A stretch of DNA of 64,000 nucleotides from assembly GCA_963667785.2 (NCBI GenBank), contig CAXXMU010000006.1:480001-544000 (forward strand). The letters are read 5' to 3'. Below the pieces are notes generated by a model, which saw only the letters and a program-made list of their open reading frames with translations, was not told the origin of the DNA and searched no databases. The position numbers and the translations under genes were made by a program. Of this stretch, positions 9,549-17,178 are shown piece by piece. Position 1 is the stretch's first letter. Each line of letters opens with the position of its first letter. The stretch is from Alphaproteobacteria bacterium (GTDB lineage Bacteria; Pseudomonadota; Alphaproteobacteria; UBA828).

Positions 9549-10438
9549 GCCGCCGCCACCGTGAGCGTGCGCGCCTTGGGCGCGACGCTGTTCGCGCCGG
9601 CGATGCTGGCGACCACGGCGGGCACCGCGCCCGTCTTGAGCACGATCGCGGCGGCCTCGACCTGGGCTGGATCGACGACGGCGCCGGCGATCAGCTCCGG
9701 CGTGAGCGCGCCGCCGAGCCTGTCGACGTCGCGGGTGAGGCCGGCCAGCCCCTCGCGGGCGGCGGCCAGCACCGCCGCCGAGTCCGGCTCGGTGCGGATG
9801 GTGAGCGTCACGGCGATGTCGTAGGCGATGCGCGTGCAGGCCGAGACCGTCACCACGTCGGTCTGCTGACGGGCCTCCTTGGCGGTGACGGCGCCCGTCA
9901 CGGCCGTGAGCAGCGCCTGCGTCGGGATGCCGTCGGCGTAGACCGGGTCGCCGTCGGCGTCCAGCAGGGCCTCGTTGGCCAGGATGTAGATCGTGATGTC
10001 GCCCGGAGCGGGCGAGGTCACCCTGGCGTCGGCGACGCCGACCACCCCGCGCGCCACGGATTCGTACCACGGGCCGGAAAGGCCGACCGCGTAGCGCTCG
10101 GTCGCCGCCGCCAGGCGCAGGCGGTAGGCGTCGTCGCCCTCGCCCTCCAGGCGCTCGAGGCCGTAGTAGCTCGCCCCGATATGGTCCAGGTTCTCGCCGG
10201 CGGCATAGGCGAGCGACGCCTGCGCGAGCGAATCCGCGATGCCCTGGCGGATCATGGCCTCGCGCGAGGCGAGGAGGCGGCTCACCCTCCAGGCCGGATC
10301 GGAGCCGTCGGCGGTGAGCGTCCAGTCGTAATTGGCGGCGAGCCAGGCGAGCATCTCCCCGTGCACCGCGTCGAGGCTCTTCAGCAGCCCCGGCACTTCC
10401 GGCCGGGAGAGCCGGCTCAGGTCGACGCCGGCGGTCAT
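9545..10438 (-). CDS. baseplate J-like protein
   Basis: VDLSRLSRPEV...LAYAAGENLDHIGA..GLERLEGEGDDAYRLR; ATG at 10438. Confidence 0.9.
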   Translation of the reverse strand: MTAGVDLSRLSRPEVPGLLKSLDAVHGEMLAWLAANYDWTLTADGSDPAWRVSRLLASREAMIRQGIADSLAQASLAYAAGENLDHIGASYYGLERLEGEGDDAYRLRLAAATERYAVGLSGPWYESVARGVVGVADARVTSPAPGDITIYILANEALLDADGDPVYADGIPTQALLTAVTGAVTAKEARQQTDVVTVSACTRIAYDIAVTLTIRTEPDSAAVLAAAREGLAGLTRDVDRLGGALTPELIAGAVVDPAQVEAAAIVLKTGAVPAVVASIAGANSVAPKARTLTVAAA

Positions 10439-11502
10439 TCGTCCGCCTCCGGCGCCCACACCAGGCCGCCGGCCGCCCCGTCGAGCCCCGCGATCGCGAC
10501 GAGCGGCGCGGCCTCCCCGCTCACGCGGTCGAGCTCGTAGAGCATGGCGCCGCCGCGCATCATCAGCAGGCGGTGCGGGGCCCAGGCCAGCTCCCCGCCG
10601 CCGTCCAGGTCCTGGCCGAAGCGGTAGGCCTCGCCGGCCCTGATCGCCTGCCCGGTATCGACGTCGAGCCGGTGCAGGGCGTCGTTGATGCCGCCCACCA
10701 TCCACAGGCGCCAGCCGTCCCAGGCGGCGCCGTCCGGCTGGTGCTCGCCGACGCCGAAGCGGTCGATGGCGTGGACGCGCGCGGCCTCGGCCGAGCTCCG
10801 GTCGAGCGCCCAGAGGGCGTCGGTGTCGTCGCCCAGCATCAGCAGGCGCCAGGAGGCCCACGCCATCGCCTCGGGCCGGCTCTCGCCGATCCCGAAGTTG
10901 TCCGGCCCGGGAATCCTCTCCGCCACCCCGGTGGCCCGGTCGACCGCGTAGAGCCTGCCGGGGAGCCGGACGGTCATCCACAGGATGCGCCCGTCCCAGG
11001 CGAGCGCGGTGGGCATGACGGGGGCGCCCAGGCCGTAGTCGAGCGCGCTCCCCACCCGCGCGGCGGCGCCGGTCGCGGGATCGATCGTGTGGAGGCCGAC
11101 GGGGGTCGCGGTGTAGAGCGTGCTGGCCGGAGGGCGCGGCGCCGCGAGGGCCTGGCGCAGCCCGAATTCGCCCCCGCTGCCGTCCGGCGCGATCCAGTCG
11201 GCGAACACCTCCACCTCGGCGAGATCGCCGCCGTCCGGGTCCCGGTGCAGGCGCACCTCCCGCAGGGCGATGTCGCCGAGCCCGTTGGGCGCGTGGGCGA
11301 CCGTGTCGGCGACGGCGGCGTAGACCCGGGTCTCGAAGTCGCCGTCCATGTTCAGGTCGATCAGGTCGTCGAGGCGGGAGCCGTAGTCGCGCAGCCAGGG
11401 ATAGGTGCCGCGGCGGATGCGGAGCGCGTCGCCCAGGCGCTGCCGGGCGCTCTCCGCGCCGTCCAGGATGCGGGAGCCGTCGCGGCTCATGACCCGTGTC
11501 AC
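10435..11502 (-). CDS. baseplate gpW/gp25-like protein fused to a beta-propeller
   Basis: N-terminal RQRLGDALRIRRGTYPWLRDYGSRLDDLID (gpW-like), then about five ~46-aa FGxGE..P..AWDG..L..LD..TG repeats. Confidence 0.8.
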   Translation of the reverse strand: MTRVMSRDGSRILDGAESARQRLGDALRIRRGTYPWLRDYGSRLDDLIDLNMDGDFETRVYAAVADTVAHAPNGLGDIALREVRLHRDPDGGDLAEVEVFADWIAPDGSGGEFGLRQALAAPRPPASTLYTATPVGLHTIDPATGAAARVGSALDYGLGAPVMPTALAWDGRILWMTVRLPGRLYAVDRATGVAERIPGPDNFGIGESRPEAMAWASWRLLMLGDDTDALWALDRSSAEAARVHAIDRFGVGEHQPDGAAWDGWRLWMVGGINDALHRLDVDTGQAIRAGEAYRFGQDLDGGGELAWAPHRLLMMRGGAMLYELDRVSGEAAPLVAIAGLDGAAGGLVWAPEADE

Positions 11503-11504
11503 GG

Positions 11505-11801
11505 TCAGCCTCCCGCCGTCACGTCGGGGCTGCCCTGGGCGACGCTGGTGCAGCCGGTGATGCCGTCTCCCACGCGGCCGACCCCCTTGCCGTTCACCGT
11601 GACGCTGCCGCTGCCCGCCGCGATCGCCGCCGCGTGGCCGGGGCAGGGCGGGATGTTGGGCGGCCGCTTGTGCGGCGTGTTGAGATCGCCCTGGCGCGAG
11701 ACCGCCTTGCCGTTCACGGTCACGTTCGCGCTCCCCTGCGCCCGCGTCATGCCGGAGCAATGGGGCACGTCCGCGTCGCCCACGCGCGTCACCGCCGGCA
11801 T
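11505..11801 (-). CDS. PAAR-like spike-tip protein
   Basis: MPAVTRVGD..HC...GS.NV.VNGK...R.GD repeats with His/Cys metal ligands. Confidence 0.9.
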   Translation of the reverse strand: MPAVTRVGDADVPHCSGMTRAQGSANVTVNGKAVSRQGDLNTPHKRPPNIPPCPGHAAAIAAGSGSVTVNGKGVGRVGDGITGCTSVAQGSPDVTAGG

Positions 11802-11995
11802 CGGGAGAGCGCCTCCTGGAGCCGGCCGTTGAAGGTCGCCATCAGCGCGTGGTCCTCGGCCGTGTGCGGCGGCTCGGGGTAGTCCGGCACGAAGGCGACG
11901 AGCCGGTCCATCTCCGCCGGCAGGTCGTCCCAGTGGGTGCCGTGGCGGAGCCGGCCCTCGGTATCGACCCAGCTGTAGCGGCCCTGGCCATTCAA
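11789..11995 (-). CDS. small PAAR-associated hypothetical protein
   Basis: 68 aa, overlaps both neighbours; FVPDYPEPPHTAEDH motif. Confidence 0.7.
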   Translation of the reverse strand: MNGQGRYSWVDTEGRLRHGTHWDDLPAEMDRLVAFVPDYPEPPHTAEDHALMATFNGRLQEALSRCRR

Positions 11996-12411
11996 TCGTT
12001 CAGCCCTATGTGCGGCGCGCTCAACAGGATGTCGGCGTCGGTCATCACGATGGACGACCGGCCGACCGAGGCCATGAACCTGGCGCCCGCGGCCGAGGGT
12101 GGCGCGAACGCGTCGCTGTAGAGCGCCGGCAGGACGAAGGCCGAGAAGTCCTCGCCGCCGGGCGAGAGCATGGCGCAGCGCTCGCCGACCGCGACGGGCG
12201 ACCAGATGCGGATGCCGCCCGCCGCCGGCACCAGGACCGGCAGCGGATCGGTGAGGACCTCCTCGCCGTCCTCGCCGGGGCCGATGTCGAGGCGGACGCG
12301 GTAGGGATCGAGCGTCACCTCGGCCGCGACGCCGACCCTGAAGAGGGCGTTCACCCGCCGTTCAAGGGCCGATAAACGCAGCAGCACCTCCTGGTAGGAG
12401 CCCTCATCCAT
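11992..12411 (-). CDS. short baseplate spike gpV
   Basis: LERRVNALFRVGVAAEV...IRIWSPVAVGERCAMLSPGG...LPALYSDAF. Confidence 0.88.
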   Translation of the reverse strand: MDEGSYQEVLLRLSALERRVNALFRVGVAAEVTLDPYRVRLDIGPGEDGEEVLTDPLPVLVPAAGGIRIWSPVAVGERCAMLSPGGEDFSAFVLPALYSDAFAPPSAAGARFMASVGRSSIVMTDADILLSAPHIGLND

Positions 12412-12964
12412 CGGTCCACACCACCTCCCCGGGGAGGCACCCGCCCTGGCCCCGCACGCTCTCCGGGAGCCGGGGCGCCGGAGGGGCGGCCGCGAGCTCG
12501 ACCGTCCGCCGGCCCAGCAGGGCGAAGGCGCTCATGCCGGCCTCGTAGAGCGTCTTCGCGTAGAGGTTGGTGCCCCGGATGGGGTCCTCCACTGCGGCGT
12601 CGATCAGCAGCGGAAGGGCGGCGGCGGCCAGCTCGAGGACGTCGCGCGCCCGCTGCGACGCGGAGGGATCGTCCGAGACGAAGGTGAGCGCCACGTCGAC
12701 GCGGACTTGGAGGCACGGGGGCGGCGGCTCGTCGCCGCGCTGCAGCTGGCGCGGAGGGAACGCCGGCCGGCCCCGGTCGACCAGCTCGAAGGCGGTGGCC
12801 GAGACCAGCGCCGCCGGCGCGCGGAAGGACATGCGCCGGGGCGAGGCCAGCACGTCCCAGGCGCCGTCCCAGACCTCGACCGTATGCAGCGTGTCCAGGG
12901 GCGCGGCCGTGGCATCGCGCAGCCGGGCGGCGATCTGCCGCTCCAGGACGTCGCCCACGCTCAT
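12404..12964 (-). CDS. Mu gp37-like tail terminator/completion protein
   Basis: Assigned mainly by synteny; LERQIAARLR...APAALVS; ATG at 12964. Confidence 0.6.
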   Translation of the reverse strand: MSVGDVLERQIAARLRDATAAPLDTLHTVEVWDGAWDVLASPRRMSFRAPAALVSATAFELVDRGRPAFPPRQLQRGDEPPPPCLQVRVDVALTFVSDDPSASQRARDVLELAAAALPLLIDAAVEDPIRGTNLYAKTLYEAGMSAFALLGRRTVELAAAPPAPRLPESVRGQGGCLPGEVVWTDG

Positions 12965-13467
12965 CCGCCGCCGCTCCCCAGGGCCTGGTCGAGCCACGCC
13001 TCCAGGACGTCCTCGGCCATGCGCACCTCGTCCGCACCCCAGCCGAGATAGGGCCGCGCCGGAATGGTGACGGACTGCGCGGTGACCGTTTCCTCGCCCA
13101 GCATGAACCGCAGCGCGTCCGCCTGTTTCGGCACGATGGTCCCGCCGAGCTGATGGATGCGGGCGTATATGAGGTTGGAGCCCCACGCGGCCGAGTCCGC
13201 CGCCGCCTCGCTCGCGAGGGAATCGACCAGGCCGCCCTCGCGGTTGAGCATCGGGGCGGGGTTGACGTAGGCCGGGTTGCGCGCGGGCCAGTCGCTGCCG
13301 TCCGGCGCGGGGCCGCCTGCAGCGAGCCGCGCCCGCGTGGCGCTCTCGCCGGCGGCCGCGAGCGCCTCCATCAGCGGGGCCGTGGGCGCCGCGGCGGCCG
13401 CCCGCAGGCGGCGCGCGAGCGCCGTGACCTCGCCGGCGTCGATCGTGACGGAGGCGCCCCGCGCCAT
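12961..13467 (-). CDS. virion morphogenesis protein (Mu gpG/P2 gpS family)
   Basis: GSNLIYARIHQLGG...IPARPYLG motifs. Confidence 0.9.
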   Translation of the reverse strand: MARGASVTIDAGEVTALARRLRAAAAAPTAPLMEALAAAGESATRARLAAGGPAPDGSDWPARNPAYVNPAPMLNREGGLVDSLASEAAADSAAWGSNLIYARIHQLGGTIVPKQADALRFMLGEETVTAQSVTIPARPYLGWGADEVRMAEDVLEAWLDQALGSGGG

Positions 13468-13916
13468 CAGACGATCCCGCGGGTGTCGCGGCGGCGGAAG
13501 ATGCGCTCCGCCGGCGCGCTCACCACCGCGCGGCCGTGGGTGGTGCGCTCGTTCGGGGTGCCGTCCCCGTCGAGATCGGCGCCGATCTGCAGCTTGCCGC
13601 TCGCGAGTCCGTCCACGATCTTCCGCGCCTCCACGGCGCGGTTCTCGATCAGCTCCGTCCACGCGGTGGCGTCGACGAGCTCCAGATGCACGAGGCGCGC
13701 CACGGCGCGGCTGAGGAACGCCGGCACGTCGTCGAGGGGGATGCCGTAGCGGGTCCGGAGCTGCGCGTCGACCATGTCGGAGACGGCGCCGATCGCGGTC
13801 GAGACCGTGGCGGCGTCGTACCCCTTCGCGTCGTCGGGATTCGGCGCGGCGACGACCAGGCTCCTCTCGCCGATGATGGCCGCGAGCCGCTCCGGTGTGA
13901 GGTAGACGGTGCCCAC
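13467..13916 (-). CDS. Mu gp36-like (DUF1320) head-tail connector
   Basis: YLTPERL...VDAQLRTRYGIPLDDVP...LASGKLQIG. Confidence 0.82.
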   Translation of the reverse strand: MGTVYLTPERLAAIIGERSLVVAAPNPDDAKGYDAATVSTAIGAVSDMVDAQLRTRYGIPLDDVPAFLSRAVARLVHLELVDATAWTELIENRAVEARKIVDGLASGKLQIGADLDGDGTPNERTTHGRAVVSAPAERIFRRRDTRGIV

Positions 13917-13927
13917 GGCGGCACCGG

Positions 13928-14227
13928 TCAGCGGCGCTTGGCTCGCGTCTTCGCGGGAGCGGCCCTGGCGGCCTCCTGGGCCTCCTGGGCGGCCTGCGCC
14001 TCCTCCTGGGCCTCCTGGGCGGCCTGCGCCTCCTCCTGGGCCTCCGGGGCGGCCTGCGCCTCCTCCCGGGCCTCCGGGGCGGCCTCCTCCACCGTCACGC
14101 GGGCGTCTCCGGAGAGCAGCCGGAGGGTGTCCGCGTCCAGCTCCCGCTCGATCCCGCCGGGCGGGATGTGCAGGCCGCAGGTATCGACGGCGGCGGGGCC
14201 GGCGGGAGCGACGCGCCAGCGCGTCAT
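13928..14227 (-). CDS. small head-accessory protein with (EAQEEAQAAQ)n repeat
   Basis: Coupled to the upstream gene; 30-bp tandem repeat at about 13960-14090. Confidence 0.6.
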   Translation of the reverse strand: MTRWRVAPAGPAAVDTCGLHIPPGGIERELDADTLRLLSGDARVTVEEAAPEAREEAQAAPEAQEEAQAAQEAQEEAQAAQEAQEAARAAPAKTRAKRR

Positions 14228-14577
14228 TGCGACAGCAGCTCCCGCGCCTCGTCGCGCCAGGCGCGGACGGCGTCGGCGTCCTTCTTCACGATCCCGCCGA
14301 GGGCGGGCAGCGCCTCGTCGGGGACGCCGGCCAGGCGCTCGAGGTCGGCCACGCCCGCCTCGCGCATGGCGGCGGCCGTCTTCGGGCCGATCCCGTTCAC
14401 GCGCTCGAGGGCGGCGTCGTCGCCCTCCTCGGCGTGGCGGGCGGCGCCGAGGGAGTGCAGCTGCGCGGCGATCTCCTCCGGGGCCTCGAAGATCGCGCCG
14501 GGAACGTGGACCGCCCCGTCGAATGCGACGTTGGTGACCGCGACGAGGCGGCGGCTCTCGGGGGCTTTGTCCGTCAT
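14224..14577 (-). CDS. helix-hairpin-helix domain protein
   Basis: LERVNGIGPKTAAAMREAGV HhH motif; ATG at 14577. Confidence 0.75.
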   Translation of the reverse strand: MTDKAPESRRLVAVTNVAFDGAVHVPGAIFEAPEEIAAQLHSLGAARHAEEGDDAALERVNGIGPKTAAAMREAGVADLERLAGVPDEALPALGGIVKKDADAVRAWRDEARELLSQ

Positions 14578-15551
14578 CAGGCGATGGCCGCCTTGATCAG
14601 GTAGCCGGCGTCCTTGCCGACCACCTCGTTGGTCCACTCCTCCGTCACCGGGTAGAGCCAGGAGTTCTTGTCCCGGTCGTAGTAGGCCTGCTCGACCATC
14701 GGCGTGCCGGAGAGGTTGTAGCCATAGCCGTAGGAGGGCTCGTAGCGGGAGATCGAGCCGACCGCGGAGTAGGCGATCACCACGTCCTTGCCCCAGACGT
14801 CGCTGGGGCTGTCGTCGTCGTCGACGTAGATCGCGTCGCCGACGAAGACGCGCTCGATGTCCCAGAGCCGCGCCAGGTCGTCCCTGGTCGCGATCTGCTT
14901 GCCGCCGTCGTAGCGGATCTGCTGCAGCACCTCCTTGTGCGTGCGGATCTTCGAGTAGACGGCGCCGCCCATGACGACCGTGTTCGGCCGCATGCCCGTC
15001 GCCGAGCGGATCGCCTCGACGGCGGTCATGACGTTGGCGGTGGGCGTCGAGTTCCCGTCGCTCCACTGGCTGTTGCCGGCGAGCGTGACCACGTGGGTCG
15101 CGTCGTAGGTGGCGGACGCGGTGGCGAGCTCGGCCGCCTGGATCTCGCGCTCGAGCCCGATGATGTTCTGCACGCCGGTCACCGTGCGCATGCCCATGTC
15201 GATCCCGGCGACCGTCATGGCCTCCTCGGCCGTCTCCACCGGCACCTTCCCCATCAGCCGGTGCTGGGTGAGGGCGAACTTCTTGCCCTCATGGCCGAAC
15301 TGGATGTCCTGGGTGGTGGCGCCCGGCGCGCGGCGGGTGTTGACCTTGCGGAAGTCGGTGCGGTCGAACTCGATCCGCACGCCGCCGCGGGCGCTCGTGG
15401 TGACCTGGGGGAAGAGGGCGCGGTAGACGAGCTGGGCGTTCACGTAGCCCCGCGCGGCCGTGGTCAGGATCGGGTCGATGACCCGCGCGGCCGGGTTCGA
15501 GAGCTGCTGCCCGTCGGCTGCGTTCAGGGCGATGTGCACGTCAGGGTCCAC
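14577..15551 (-). CDS. major capsid protein
   Basis: IDPILTTAARGYVNAQL..ALFPQV...GMRPNTVVMG...EPSYGYGY...AGYLIKAAI; follows the protease and cement genes. Confidence 0.85.
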   Translation of the reverse strand: MDPDVHIALNAADGQQLSNPAARVIDPILTTAARGYVNAQLVYRALFPQVTTSARGGVRIEFDRTDFRKVNTRRAPGATTQDIQFGHEGKKFALTQHRLMGKVPVETAEEAMTVAGIDMGMRTVTGVQNIIGLEREIQAAELATASATYDATHVVTLAGNSQWSDGNSTPTANVMTAVEAIRSATGMRPNTVVMGGAVYSKIRTHKEVLQQIRYDGGKQIATRDDLARLWDIERVFVGDAIYVDDDDSPSDVWGKDVVIAYSAVGSISRYEPSYGYGYNLSGTPMVEQAYYDRDKNSWLYPVTEEWTNEVVGKDAGYLIKAAIA

Positions 15552-15553
15552 GA

Positions 15554-15931
15554 TCAGGGGCCTCCCGCCAGCAGGATGGGAACGATGTCGCCGGCCGCGG
15601 CGGCGGCGGCGAGGACGACGCCGGCGACGGGGTTGGCGCCGGCGGCGGCGACCGCCCGCCCCTGGGCGTCGGACTGCACTTTCTTCTCGCCGTCGGCGAG
15701 CGCGATCGCGGCGCCGGCCTCGACCAGGACGATGCCGGCCACGTCCACGGGGATCAGGTCGCCGTCGGTTGACGACTTGACGCGGCAGACGCCGAGCGGC
15801 CGCTTGCCCTCGACCGAGCGGGTGCCGTCCGCGAGGACGAAGCGGCGGAACTTGTCGGTGGCGCCGGAGGCCTCGGCCGTGACGGTGAGGAGCGGCTGCG
15901 ACGTTACCGTGTCGGCGACGATCCCGGACAT
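15554..15931 (-). CDS. capsid cement/decoration protein (DUF2190-like)
   Basis: GIVLVEAGAAI...VQSDAQGRAV...AAAAAGDIVPILL. Confidence 0.8.
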   Translation of the reverse strand: MSGIVADTVTSQPLLTVTAEASGATDKFRRFVLADGTRSVEGKRPLGVCRVKSSTDGDLIPVDVAGIVLVEAGAAIALADGEKKVQSDAQGRAVAAAGANPVAGVVLAAAAAAGDIVPILLAGGP

Positions 15932-15934
15932 GGC

Positions 15935-16915
15935 TCAGTGCCCCATCGCGCCGAAGTGGAGCACCGCGTCGCGGTAGCTCACACCGTTCTGGCGCGCGTA
16001 GTCGGCGATCTTCTGGTGGAGCGAGAGCCGCTCCGCCTCGGGCGGCTGCGTTCCCGCCGGGGCCGGGAAGGTCGCGTTCGCGCCGGCGCCGGCGTTCGGC
16101 GCGCCGGCCGGCCCGACCCGCGTGCCCAGCGTCTTGAGCGCGTCGGCGTCGAGGCCGCCTGCGCCCCCGCCGCCGGGCGCCGCCTCGGCCGAGGCCGCGA
16201 TCAGCTTCTCGAAGGCGTTCAGCCCGGCATCGATGCCGTCCCTGTGCGACTTGATCGTCTCGATGTGGGCGTCCTTGGCGGCCGCCGGGATCTTCCCGTC
16301 GGCCGCCGCCGCCTCGACGGCCCGCGTCGCCGCGTTCAGCGCCCGCTCGTCTGCCGCCTTCTCGCGCGCCTCGAGCGCCTTCTCGCGCTCGCCCGCGTCC
16401 GGGGCGCCCTCTGCGCCCGGGCCGGCGCTGTGGATGGTGGGCGCCGGCAGGTTGAAGTTGGGGTCGTTCACGAAAGCGACCGACGAGAGGCCGGTGACCT
16501 CCATGTCGGTGCGGTGCAGGAGCGCCGGCGACAGGTAGCGGTAGGACCCGGACCGCAGGTTCATCGCCGCCCAGGCGTTCAGGTCGAGGTCCGCATCGAT
16601 GCCGCCCCGCGCGTTGGGGCGCGCGTTCTTCAGCCACCCGTCGGCCGCCGTGCTGCCGGAGAAGGTGGGCGAGCTGCGCTCGCTCCGGTGGTCGAAGTCG
16701 AGGCGTGGCGTCACCTGCTGGGCGTTGATCCGCGCCGCGAGCGCGGCCGTGTCCACGATCCGGTAGCGCCGGCCGTCGCGGCCCTGGATGATGCCGTCTC
16801 CGTTGGGAGGTGGAATCACCTCGGTGGTGAGGGGTGCCGCGTCGTCGCCAGCCATCGCCGCCAGGTTCAACGCGAGCACGAGGGGAGAGAGGGCGACTTG
16901 AGCTTCCGGGTCCAT
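15935..16915 (-). CDS. Mu gpI-like prohead protease/scaffold
   Basis: GRDGRRY, LDFDHRSE, ADGW, YRYLSPAL and SVAFVNDPN motifs. Confidence 0.9.
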   Translation of the reverse strand: MDPEAQVALSPLVLALNLAAMAGDDAAPLTTEVIPPPNGDGIIQGRDGRRYRIVDTAALAARINAQQVTPRLDFDHRSERSSPTFSGSTAADGWLKNARPNARGGIDADLDLNAWAAMNLRSGSYRYLSPALLHRTDMEVTGLSSVAFVNDPNFNLPAPTIHSAGPGAEGAPDAGEREKALEAREKAADERALNAATRAVEAAAADGKIPAAAKDAHIETIKSHRDGIDAGLNAFEKLIAASAEAAPGGGGAGGLDADALKTLGTRVGPAGAPNAGAGANATFPAPAGTQPPEAERLSLHQKIADYARQNGVSYRDAVLHFGAMGH

Positions 16916-16952
16916 GACGCCTACCGAGGTTGCGGGGTGCGCGAGTTCATGG

Positions 16953-16996
16953 GCGCAGAGCCTACACCGGGACCGGAAGGCGTTTTATTCCAAAAC
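16953..16996 (-). promoter_or_regulatory. putative late promoter (head operon)
   Basis: GTTTTGGAATAAAAC-N17-TAGGCT; 38/44 identical to 37175-37218. Confidence 0.75.
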
Positions 16997-17004
16997 CGAG
17001 AATG

Positions 17005-17033
17005 TTGACCGGAGGGCGCCGGCCCACCATGCT
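17005..17033 (+). promoter_or_regulatory. putative sigma70 promoter for a small RNA
   Basis: TTGACC-N17-CATGCT; predicted +1 at about 17040 coincides with the 5' end of the long stem. Confidence 0.55.
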
Positions 17034-17038
17034 GGCCC

Positions 17039-17178
17039 CGTAGCGCCGGGCTCCGATGCCAGGAAACCGAGCCTCTTGAGCGGACCTGGACCGCACTGCG
17101 CGCTTCGGCGCGCGAACCGTTGGCATGCCAGTCGGGACAAGGCCTCGCGGGGTCGGGGTGCCCCGGCCCGGCGCTACG
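17039..17178 (+). ncRNA. candidate structured ncRNA, tail-to-tail with muF
   Basis: Perfect 13-bp closing stem 17039-17051/17166-17178, a C(UUCG)G hairpin, further hairpins and a possible CCAGG/CCTGG pseudoknot. Confidence 0.6.

Noticed and set aside
8937-12411. T6SS/eCIS or tailocin (PAAR, baseplate, sheath)
   Set aside because: Capsid, portal, terminase and transposase are present within defined Mu-type ends, so this is a phage tail.
17039-17178. Canonical tRNA or tmRNA gene in the prophage
   Set aside because: There is no TTCRA T-loop, no CCA end and no tag ORF; it is kept only as a candidate novel structured RNA.
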